From IMG/VR virus record IMGVR_UViG_3300028196_001171: a stretch of 64,000 bases of DNA. One strand, 5' to 3'. Under the pieces are notes generated by a model that saw only the letters and a program-made list of their open reading frames with translations, did not search any database and was not told the origin of the DNA. Both the position numbers and the translations under genes were made by a program. Each line of letters begins with the position of its first letter. The first letter of the stretch is position 1. Positions 19,665 through 27,358 of this stretch are shown one piece after another. Origin of the DNA: an uncultured virus (IMG/VR IMGVR_UViG_3300028196_001171) (Duplodnaviria; Heunggongvirae; Uroviricota; Caudoviricetes).

Positions 19665-19753
19665 TGGTAGCCGGAGTGGGACTTGAACCCACACGAACTA
19701 TCCAGTTCAACAGATTTTAAGTCTGTCATGTCTACCAATTCCATCATCCGGCC
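19665..19753 (-). tRNA. tRNA-Leu(TAA) with encoded CCA
   Basis: GGCCGGATGATGGAATTGGTAGACATGACAGACTTAAAATCTGT...long variable arm...GGTTCAAGTCCCACTCCGGCTACCA. Confidence 0.92.
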
Positions 19754-19830
19754 TGGTGATCCCACTAGGATTTGAACCTAGAACCTACAGCTTAGAAGGC
19801 TGTTGCTCTATCCAGTTGAGCTATAGGACC
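19754..19830 (-). tRNA. tRNA-Arg(TCT) with encoded CCA
   Basis: GGTCCTATAGCTCAACTGGATAGAGCAACAGCCTTCTAAGCTGTAGGTTCTAGGTTCAAATCCTAGTGGGATCACCA. Confidence 0.93.
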
Positions 19831-19836
19831 ATAAAG

Positions 19837-20106
19837 TTATGTTCTAGAGCCTGAAAATCCTAATTCATAAGATTCTTCTGGGTGTTCTTCTATCCACATG
19901 TGACAGTTTCTGCAAACTGGTAACCATGTAGATACATCTAAGTGATAAATACCACGACCATGCATATGATGCACATCAGTAGCTTGCACAGAACACTTAT
20001 GGATCTTTGCATGACATACTGGTTTGTCTGTTAAATACTGCCTACGCAATTTGCTGTAAGCAGTATTTAATTTAGACATTTTACTTGAGACTTTTTTGAT
20101 GCTCAT
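19837..20106 (-). CDS. HNH-like small nuclease
   Basis: ATDVHHMHGRG...WLPVCRNCHMWIE. Confidence 0.7.
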   Translation of the reverse strand: MSIKKVSSKMSKLNTAYSKLRRQYLTDKPVCHAKIHKCSVQATDVHHMHGRGIYHLDVSTWLPVCRNCHMWIEEHPEESYELGFSGSRT

Positions 20107-20621
20107 TTTTTAAGTTGTAAATAGTTTTTAGGAAGTAAACCTAAAGACATAAATTTTAATATAACATCCTCATATGTAATACCTAAGTCTTTGAAACTCA
20201 TAGTATTAGTATAATCATCTAAAATCTCATCAGCAGGTATACTTGCCATATACTGTGCTGTTGGTGAATGCTTGAATGTTTTACTAAGATAAGCATTTAT
20301 ACGCTTATTACAAATAGTTTGTTTCCATGCATTGATCTCTCTTTGACTTCTTTTCCAAACTTTAGTTATTCTACGTTTTTTGTCCCAGTGCAGCTTGTTA
20401 ACTTCTTCAGGTTTATAAACCTTGAGGCCATGGAGCACACGTTTAAACAAAAAATGTTGATACGGATTTAGTTTAGTATAACTTAAAGAGTTTACTATTG
20501 ATTCAGGATGTAACTGATATTCTGTTAGTATCCCATAGTATTGATAGCGTTCTTCTCTCTTTGAGAGTAACTCACGTTGTTGTTGTTGTTTGAGTGTATT
20601 TATTTGATCTTGAGATAGCAT
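20103..20621 (-). CDS. Hypothetical protein
   Basis: 172-aa ORF. Confidence 0.7.
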   Translation of the reverse strand: MLSQDQINTLKQQQQRELLSKREERYQYYGILTEYQLHPESIVNSLSYTKLNPYQHFLFKRVLHGLKVYKPEEVNKLHWDKKRRITKVWKRSQREINAWKQTICNKRINAYLSKTFKHSPTAQYMASIPADEILDDYTNTMSFKDLGITYEDVILKFMSLGLLPKNYLQLKK

Positions 20622-20726
20622 AATGATTTAGTTGTTATTGATTAAGTAAAGTGATTAAAGTATTAGGCCTGCACAGAAATTAACTAAAATCTCCATACAG
20701 GCCCTCTACATATTTAGAGAACTATA

Positions 20727-21335
20727 TTATAGTTCAAAAGTCTCTTCTACGAGCTCTTCTGTTTCTTCACTTACTTCATCAGAAACTTCATCATTAGCTT
20801 CTTCTAGATCATCTACATCATCTACTGTAGAGTTATCAAAGCCTTCTGATTTAATATCAAATGCTTCTTCTATACTAGCTGCTGGTACACCTATGCTGTT
20901 AGACTTAGTGTTACTAGTTCCATTAGCATCTTTGATGTCCTCACCATTTGTATGAGCTAATAATACGTCTTGTGCTGTACTATCAGCTACAAAAAACGTT
21001 TTCCTATAAATAGGTTGACCATCTACACAACATATGATACCTGTATCACCTGCGTATTTATAATCTCTATCTGGATCATTACTGTTGAATGGCTCCAATT
21101 GCTCTTTAATAATGATTTTACCAGCTAACTCACTGCCAGCTTTAAAATCTAATGATTGTAAGTCTTCTAACTTACCATGTAATAGTGTTGATACTTTAGA
21201 TCTTTTGACCCAACCTCCGTTACCAAAGGTTACTCTGTCTTGTTGTAATCTGATGTACCCATACTCTGAGTTGTTGTTTGATTGACGGATAACATTGCCC
21301 ATGTCATCAGCTAAGATTTCTACTTGCTTTTGCAT
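20727..21335 (-). CDS. Hypothetical protein with very acidic C-terminal tail
   Basis: Tail DDVDDLEEANDEVSDEVSEETEELVEETFEL, of SSB-like type. Confidence 0.7.
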   Translation of the reverse strand: MQKQVEILADDMGNVIRQSNNNSEYGYIRLQQDRVTFGNGGWVKRSKVSTLLHGKLEDLQSLDFKAGSELAGKIIIKEQLEPFNSNDPDRDYKYAGDTGIICCVDGQPIYRKTFFVADSTAQDVLLAHTNGEDIKDANGTSNTKSNSIGVPAASIEEAFDIKSEGFDNSTVDDVDDLEEANDEVSDEVSEETEELVEETFEL

Positions 21336-21376
21336 TGTTTTAAATTTAATAAATTAATAAATGATTTGTTGATGAC

Positions 21377-21646
21377 TTATGTGTCATCTGAATGGAAATA
21401 TGGGTCATCTAGCTTTTCATAAGCTTCTATTTCATCTAATGCTTTCTCATATTCTTCTATGAACTCTGGTTCATCTTCTATGAGAGGCACTTGTTTACCT
21501 GAAAACCTATTGTAAAACGGATTGACCACTTCTTTGGTGTATGCTGAACTTAAACCATTAAGGTCCTGTACTTCTTCATCAGTTAATGAGAGGTATTGCT
21601 CTACTGAGCATTCAATTATACGTCCATTGGGCAGTTGTATTATCAT
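21377..21646 (-). CDS. Hypothetical acidic protein
   Basis: Start MIIQLPNG at 21646, preceded by TATCTTTG at 21656-21663. Confidence 0.65.
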   Translation of the reverse strand: MIIQLPNGRIIECSVEQYLSLTDEEVQDLNGLSSAYTKEVVNPFYNRFSGKQVPLIEDEPEFIEEYEKALDEIEAYEKLDDPYFHSDDT

Positions 21647-21745
21647 ATCTGTTAACAAAGATAAAAATATAACTAACCCTGGCTCACTAATTTTAAGGAA
21701 TTAATGTCTAAGATCAAAAATAAATTGCATATATATAGCTATCAC

Positions 21746-21997
21746 TTATATAATAACTAATTTGCCTTTTACTCTTTTTATGTAATTGTGCTGTCTCAAC
21801 TCTTTTAATAGTTTAAATATGTACCTTTGGGATACATCTGCTGAGTCAGCTAAAGTTGAAGCAGACGGATATGCTTCACGGTTTTTATCTGCATAGCACG
21901 CTATGAGACTATATAACCCTTTTGCTTGTATAGACAAACTTGGATCTGACAATACTTTGTATTTGACTATACCAAATCTATCTGATTTCTTTGACAT
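21746..21997 (-). CDS. HTH_36-type helix-turn-helix protein
   Basis: LSIQAKGLYSLIACYAD...AYPSASTLA...LKELRQHNYI. Confidence 0.75.
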   Translation of the reverse strand: MSKKSDRFGIVKYKVLSDPSLSIQAKGLYSLIACYADKNREAYPSASTLADSADVSQRYIFKLLKELRQHNYIKRVKGKLVII

Positions 21998-22190
21998 GGT
22001 CTTTTAAAAGCATAAGCATGGCCATAGATTCATTAGTTTCTTTAGCTAAATCATCATTGTTCATACCATACTTGTCATTCATATATCTCCCAAAGGATAT
22101 ATTTTTACCATTAGCATCTTTTATAGCATTGTCTAATAGTTTCCAAGATGCTTGTTCACTATGTAATAACTCCATTGATATCTTTGCCAT
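21978..22190 (-). CDS. Hypothetical protein
   Basis: 70-aa ORF in the operon. Confidence 0.6.
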   Translation of the reverse strand: MAKISMELLHSEQASWKLLDNAIKDANGKNISFGRYMNDKYGMNNDDLAKETNESMAMLMLLKDHVKEIR

Positions 22191-22192
22191 GA

Positions 22193-22750
22193 CTATTCTT
22201 TTATAGTATTATCTTCTGTTTGATCCACATTCATAAATAAATCAGCTTGATGTATAGGCTCTGAATCTGTTGCCAATATATCAAAATATTTTATATCATC
22301 AACTGATACAGCTATTAATTCTAATGGTGAACAAGAGTGTTCATACATTTGTAATTGCTTTTCTTTATTATGATACATAAATTCTATCTTAATGCTACTA
22401 TAGAAAGGATTAAATGGTTCTGATCCCCATGAGGTATCACCTATAACTTTTGCGTATACCATACCATGACCTGCATATAGACCCATATCTTGCAATATGT
22501 CTACTTCATACTTGTCTGATTTATGATAAGACGGTGGTATTAGCTTTACATAACCATTTAAGGTTACTGGCTTATATACTTCTTCTATAAGACTTAGGTG
22601 TACTATATATTCTTTTGCAGTGTCATTAAGATTATCCATAAGGATCTTAAACATGTGCTCATAGTTCTGAGGTTCTTTTGATTTGATAGAGATAGCATTA
22701 CTTAGAATGTTCTCCATCACTTTTTCTGAAATTTTAAATTGATTTGCCAT
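22193..22750 (-). CDS. Hypothetical protein
   Basis: 185-aa ORF. Confidence 0.7.
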   Translation of the reverse strand: MANQFKISEKVMENILSNAISIKSKEPQNYEHMFKILMDNLNDTAKEYIVHLSLIEEVYKPVTLNGYVKLIPPSYHKSDKYEVDILQDMGLYAGHGMVYAKVIGDTSWGSEPFNPFYSSIKIEFMYHNKEKQLQMYEHSCSPLELIAVSVDDIKYFDILATDSEPIHQADLFMNVDQTEDNTIKE

Positions 22751-22959
22751 TGTTTATTATTATTTTAAGGTTTGACGAATGAGAGGTAGGGAGCAGTGAG
22801 TATGATATGCAACAGCTACATGAAGTAAACTACAAAATAAACTCATGCATATGCTGTTGCTATCAAAGGTCATCACTTACATAACCAAACTCAAGGCCTA
22901 ACTATAGTAGTATATATATTATATAAATATCTACTGGTACTGTTTGTATGAACTGTGGT

Positions 22960-23289
22960 TCACTTTTTTACTCTAAATTCAAATGATATGAACGGTAATA
23001 ATAGTAACCAGCTCATTTCTTTATAAGAACTGTTTGGATCTACACCAAATGCTATACCTATGATAGGTATAAATTCTACATGAAGTTTAGGTAACATTTT
23101 AGTCTTTGCAAGTATAGACATATAAACAACTGAGTTTAATGCTACTGCTACGCCTACAAGTAACAAGGTTACAATATAAGCGGTTCCTAAGTCATATGTG
23201 GTAACTGCATAATAAGCAGACCAAGCATACATGATAGGTATTACGATTACGTAAAGGACTTTGATTAATGATTTAATAAGGTTTTTCAT
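22960..23289 (-). CDS. Membrane protein
   Basis: Two to four hydrophobic segments. Confidence 0.65.
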   Translation of the reverse strand: MKNLIKSLIKVLYVIVIPIMYAWSAYYAVTTYDLGTAYIVTLLLVGVAVALNSVVYMSILAKTKMLPKLHVEFIPIIGIAFGVDPNSSYKEMSWLLLLPFISFEFRVKK

Positions 23290-23456
23290 GATAGTTTAGT
23301 ATTTAATTGATTAAAGTTTATTGACTGATTGTCTCCGAATGAGTATGTACGGTACTTTCTCATTTTTCTACATCCACGTTTGGATGATCCACAAGACTGA
23401 AGGATTGGTCCTCCTATGAATAGGAGTAACATAAGGTAAAGGAATTTCTTTTTCAT
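23286..23456 (-). CDS. Small lipoprotein (56 aa)
   Basis: Hand translation MKKKFLYLMLLLFIGGPILQS|CGSSKRGC...; ATGA overlaps on both sides. Confidence 0.65.
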   Translation of the reverse strand: MKKKFLYLMLLLFIGGPILQSCGSSKRGCRKMRKYRTYSFGDNQSINFNQLNTKLS

Positions 23457-23815
23457 AATTTTGCTATTAAGGATTGAACTGTTATTACTGCGGTTAGATC
23501 ATATTCATTAAACTCTCTATCATCAAAGAGATAATATAAGTCTTCACCTACATACTGTGTTATTTGTCCATTAGAATCTGGTACATAACGTGGTTTAACT
23601 ATATATACATAGTCATAGTCTGAAGACGTAGGTAACAATGGTAAACATTGATTAGTAGGCCAAGCTACATTGTAGTCAACTAATTCTACTTCAAAGTCAT
23701 ATTGAATAAGTATGTTAGTACACTGTATTTGTTCTGGTTCAGTAATTTCTAATTCCTCTTTCTGACAAGAGGTGAATGCTAAGGTTAGGCATAAGCCTAT
23801 GAATAAATGTTTCAT
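23453..23815 (-). CDS. Lipoprotein with Bacteroidetes-type export signal
   Basis: MKHLFIGLCLTLAFTS|CQKEELE: lipobox followed by a K/acidic stretch. Confidence 0.7.
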   Translation of the reverse strand: MKHLFIGLCLTLAFTSCQKEELEITEPEQIQCTNILIQYDFEVELVDYNVAWPTNQCLPLLPTSSDYDYVYIVKPRYVPDSNGQITQYVGEDLYYLFDDREFNEYDLTAVITVQSLIAKL

Positions 23816-23834
23816 AATGGTTTTAATTAAGTGA

Positions 23835-24041
23835 TTAGTGATTAAGTTTTTCATCTACGTCTTGACCAACGAATATTGCTGGTATCCATCCAAAGATTAG
23901 TGAGAAGCCTATGGTTGCACCATGAGCAAAGCATTCTTTAAATGTCCAAGTATCTTCTAGATACCATACGATTGTGTTTACGAATATTACAGTTAGGATA
24001 AAGGTTGTTACTGTAGCCAACATGATTTTAGTATTCTTCAT
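23835..24041 (-). CDS. Small two-helix membrane protein
   Basis: Two hydrophobic stretches. Confidence 0.6.
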   Translation of the reverse strand: MKNTKIMLATVTTFILTVIFVNTIVWYLEDTWTFKECFAHGATIGFSLIFGWIPAIFVGQDVDEKLNH

Positions 24042-24293
24042 TTGATTTAGTATTAGTGATTAGTAAATAACTTAGAGTGCTTATCCATTATTGGCTTACA
24101 CTATTTCAGAATAGTAAGTGGTATTGCTTGACTCATATCTCTAAGCTTTTGATTATAATATTCCGGGTACTATGGCTCTTATCCTATAGAGGAAGAGACA
24201 AACATTACCTATGTAGTATTGTTGAGTGTAATTGCTACTCTTGTAGTAGTGTTAGCTATATTAATATATTAATGTGCTATGGTAGTTATGATA

Positions 24294-24317
24294 GTGGTAA
24301 AAGGTGGTATATTGTGG
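24294..24317. repeat. Three GTGG direct repeats with exact 10-bp period (MraZ-box-like)
   Basis: GTGGTAAAAG-GTGGTATATT-GTGG at 24294, 24304 and 24314. Confidence 0.6.
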
Positions 24318-24359
24318 GTATGTGATGTCATACTGTTTGCATAACACACATTAACGCAC

Positions 24360-24399
24360 AAAAAATAAAAAGATTAACCAGCTTTTACACTGATTAATC
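24360..24399 (-). terminator. Intrinsic terminator
   Basis: Minus strand GATTAATCAG-TGTAAAAG-CTGGTTAATC-TTTTTATTTTT. Confidence 0.7.
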
Positions 24400-24421
24400 A
24401 ATTTATCTACGGTTTACTAAA

Positions 24422-24757
24422 CTAAACTGCCTCAACCCATCTCAAATCTGTTTCTTCTCCAGTTGATAGGTTCATTACTGGATTATCAGACAATCTAAAG
24501 CCAGGCATCTTATCACCTCTATTTAGTTTGTCCTGTAATTGTTTTATTGTAGGATGATCTGCCTTCATTACTTGACCTGTCTCTGGGTCCATTAGGCTTA
24601 ACACACCAAAGCTAATGTTGGTCTGCTTTCTACTTGCCACTTTTAAACCGGCTATAGTAGTTTCAGATTGTACCATTGGTACGTCTGATACAATAAGTGT
24701 TGCACTGTTAGTATTCTGATTGATACTAAACTTTCTAAAATAAACTGCTGTTTGCAT
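24422..24757 (-). CDS. Hypothetical early protein, paralog A
   Basis: Aligns over its full length with 24954..25283 (VYFRK, NISFGVLSL.DPET.QVMK..HPTIK, GFRLS, TGEE). Confidence 0.8.
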   Translation of the reverse strand: MQTAVYFRKFSINQNTNSATLIVSDVPMVQSETTIAGLKVASRKQTNISFGVLSLMDPETGQVMKADHPTIKQLQDKLNRGDKMPGFRLSDNPVMNLSTGEETDLRWVEAV

Positions 24758-24912
24758 AATAAATGTATTTAATGAATAATTATTTTATGTATAAATGTAT
24801 ACGTATTATAGGTGGGGAGAAGTGAAAGAGGAAGGAAGCAGTGAATATATACAATAGGATTGTATGGTCTATAGCAATAGGATGTAAATGTATACCCTAA
24901 AGCAGTAGAACG

Positions 24913-24946
24913 TTTAAAAGAGGTGTGCTGTTACACACACCCCTTG
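24913..24946 (-). terminator. Intrinsic terminator
   Basis: Minus strand AGGGGTGTG-TGTAACAG-CACACCTCT-TTT. Confidence 0.65.
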
Positions 24947-24953
24947 TTCCTGA

Positions 24954-25283
24954 TTAGGCTTGTTCAACCCAGAACAGGTTCTGGTTCTCTTCACCAGTCT
25001 GTAGATTAACTACCTTTTGCTCACTTAACCTGAAGCCAGCCATCTCATCACCAAGGTTGAGCTTTTGCCCAAGAGCTTTGATTGTTGGATGAGAACTCTT
25101 CATCACCTGATTAGTTTCAGGGTCTATCAGAGATAACACACCAAAGGAGATGTTCCCTTGTGTTCTTGTAGCAACAGACAGACCAGCAAGAGTAGTCTTG
25201 TTGTTTGACATTGGAGCTGAGCTCACGATGATTGTTGCTGAGCCAGTTGACTCATTGATGTTTAGTTTTCTAAAGTAAACCAT
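24954..25283 (-). CDS. Hypothetical early protein, paralog B
   Basis: First gene of the leftward block; paralog of 24422..24757. Confidence 0.8.
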   Translation of the reverse strand: MVYFRKLNINESTGSATIIVSSAPMSNNKTTLAGLSVATRTQGNISFGVLSLIDPETNQVMKSSHPTIKALGQKLNLGDEMAGFRLSEQKVVNLQTGEENQNLFWVEQA

Positions 25284-25536
25284 AATTTAAAGTATTTAAA
25301 AAATTAATTAAAATTGTGGAACATTACAGGGGTACCCCCAACCACAAACACTAGGTGGGGAGCAGTTCAGTATGGCATCTCAAGCACGCTAAATATATAA
25401 TTTTGCCAGGGCCGGGATGGGGGTATACAAACTTTTTTACTCAAGTGGGGGGTATGTTATGACGGAAAAATTTTTATAGGATTTATAAAATTAGTATATT
25501 GTTTCTATAGACGCAGTTTAACTTAAAAATGAAAAC
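25284..25536. promoter_or_regulatory. Divergent control region between early and late blocks
   Basis: Strand switch; non-coding, G-run rich, with a GGGGTACCCC palindrome, the AGGTGGGGAGCAGT motif and a late-type promoter at 25494. Confidence 0.6.
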
Positions 25537-25863
25537 ATGGCAAATTGGGATGACAACAGTGGGGAGGATAATAAAAATGGACTGACTGAAATAGAGCAAA
25601 TGCAACTAGACGCAGTAATGCTTGAGACAGCATATAACAATTCCTATTTAGTGCTAACTAATCAAATAACATTTGAAGACTTGTTGACTGATAAATTTAC
25701 AAAAGGGGGCGAAGCTGTTATGGCATTTGATCCAACTGAAGGGCCAATGCAAGAAGAATTAGAAAATATGATTAGTTATTATATTGAAGAGGAAGCTTAT
25801 GAGAAGTGTGCTAAGCTGCAGAAACTCGTAAATAAAATATACCCACAAAGTATAAATGAGTAA
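25537..25863 (+). CDS. Acidic protein with C-terminal UVR-like motif
   Basis: YYIEEEAYEKCAKLQKL. Confidence 0.65.
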   Translation: MANWDDNSGEDNKNGLTEIEQMQLDAVMLETAYNNSYLVLTNQITFEDLLTDKFTKGGEAVMAFDPTEGPMQEELENMISYYIEEEAYEKCAKLQKLVNKIYPQSINE

Positions 25864-25865
25864 CA

Positions 25866-26060
25866 ATGGCAACAAAAAAGAAAAAAAGTACTGTAAATAG
25901 TTCGGGTAATTACACAAAACCGGAAATGCGTAAAAGATTATTTAATTCAATCAAAGCAGGAAGTAAAGGTGGAGGTGCTGGACAATGGTCTGCACGTAAA
26001 GCTCAAATGCTAGCTAAACGTTACAAAGCTAACGGAGGAGGATATAAAACGAAGAAGTAA
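25866..26060 (+). CDS. Small highly basic protein (DUF5872-like N-half)
   Basis: NYTKPEMRKRLF...GSKGGGAGQWSARKAQMLAKRYKANGGGY. Confidence 0.7.
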   Translation: MATKKKKSTVNSSGNYTKPEMRKRLFNSIKAGSKGGGAGQWSARKAQMLAKRYKANGGGYKTKK

Positions 26061-26302
26061 TGGCAAAGACTAAACAACAAAAAAGCCTAAGTAGATGGAC
26101 TAAACAGAAATGGAGAACGGCAAGCGGAAAGAAGTCTTCTGAAACTGGAGAAGTATACGCACCCTCTAAGACTATATCTAAACTCAAAAGTACTAAGGAG
26201 GGTAAAAAGAAATTAGCAGCAGCAAACGCAAAGAAAAGGGCAGCCACTAAGAAAGGTAAACAACATGCAAGCCACGGTTTACATAAAGGAAAGAAAAGAT
26301 AA
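26060..26302 (+). CDS. Small highly basic protein (DUF5872-like C-half)
   Basis: QKSLSRWTKQKWRT...TGEVYAP. Confidence 0.7.
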   Translation: MAKTKQQKSLSRWTKQKWRTASGKKSSETGEVYAPSKTISKLKSTKEGKKKLAAANAKKRAATKKGKQHASHGLHKGKKR

Positions 26303-26556
26303 TGGCAACACCAAGAAAAGGAAAAGCAAAAGTTAAAGTAACTAAGTCTGGTAAGAAAGTAAGTTACGGACAAGCTGGAAAAGCTAAAGGTGGTGGACCA
26401 AGAGTAAAACCTGGTACATCAAAAGGAGATAGTTACTGTGCTAGAAGTTTAGGTATTAAAAAAAGAGTATCTGAGAAAAAAAGAAATGATCCAAATACAC
26501 CAAACAATCTATCTCGTAAAAGATGGAAATGTTCTGGTGCTAAGTCTAGAAGGTAA
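26302..26556 (+). CDS. Small highly basic protein
   Basis: K/R/G-rich; SYCARS...DPN...RWKC motif. Confidence 0.7.
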   Translation: MATPRKGKAKVKVTKSGKKVSYGQAGKAKGGGPRVKPGTSKGDSYCARSLGIKKRVSEKKRNDPNTPNNLSRKRWKCSGAKSRR

Positions 26557-26721
26557 ATGATTGAAGTCATAAAACATACATTAGGCATATGTGGAGAGCA
26601 TTGGCACCCAAATATATTTACAGCAGTTGCGTCAGCACCAGTAGTTACTACTGCAGTATATTATATCAAATGCAAGTGTGGAGGTTGGTTTAGCCATAAG
26701 AAGGAATGCAAAAATAAATAG
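26557..26721 (+). CDS. Small Cys/His-containing protein (54 aa)
   Basis: Hand translation MIEVIKHTLGICGEHWHPNIFTAVASAPVVTTAVYYIKCKCGGWFSHKKECKNK; fills the gap exactly. Confidence 0.6.
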   Translation: MIEVIKHTLGICGEHWHPNIFTAVASAPVVTTAVYYIKCKCGGWFSHKKECKNK

Positions 26722-26723
26722 TC

Positions 26724-26975
26724 ATGACAGAAGCAGATTTAATAGAATTAGGATTTACTAAACAAATACAGGACACATGTTGTGATCCTCAAACTTATAC
26801 GTTTTACAAAACAGTTGGTAATAGCTCACCATTTATTACACCAGACAGTACTACTATTGATAATGATAATTGGCCAGTAGAAAATTATGCTATCAACTTT
26901 AAAACGTACATCAAATCGGATCTAGTTGATATGATGAACCTTATGGAAAAAAATCCGTTATTTCCACCGGAATAA
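26724..26975 (+). CDS. Hypothetical protein
   Basis: 83-aa ORF. Confidence 0.65.
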   Translation: MTEADLIELGFTKQIQDTCCDPQTYTFYKTVGNSSPFITPDSTTIDNDNWPVENYAINFKTYIKSDLVDMMNLMEKNPLFPPE

Positions 26976-27054
26976 AATAAAACGTCTTTAAACTTTTGAA
27001 ATTTAAACTATTTGTATATATTTGTACTAATGTTTAACTTTAAAACCAAAAGAA

Positions 27055-27357
27055 ATGTCAGACGTTAAAAAATTAAATCCTGAACTTCAGGATAAAGATC
27101 CTCAGTTAACAAAAGAAGAGTTAGCTAGCCGTAGAGAAGAAATTACAGCATTTTACAAAGACAACATCCCACATCTTACTGTTCAAGCAGAATATGAGGA
27201 GTTATTAGCTACCATTGATAAAGCTAGAGCAGAAAGACTGCAAGCTCAAATCTTTATGGCACAAGCTGCAGCCCAACAACAAAGTGCAGAAGGTCCATCA
27301 GAAGATGAGAAAGAGTTCAAAGCCGCAATGGAGAAAGCAGCAACTAATGTAGAATAA
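27055..27357 (+). CDS. Hypothetical coiled-coil protein
   Basis: Preceded by TATATTTG (27017-27024) and an AAAACCAA leader. Confidence 0.7.
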   Translation: MSDVKKLNPELQDKDPQLTKEELASRREEITAFYKDNIPHLTVQAEYEELLATIDKARAERLQAQIFMAQAAAQQQSAEGPSEDEKEFKAAMEKAATNVE

Positions 27358-27358
27358 C

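Noticed and set aside
24077..24325. 82-aa plus-strand ORF in the early gap
   Set aside because: It has a GTG start, atypical composition and opposite orientation to its block; the region is better read as non-coding
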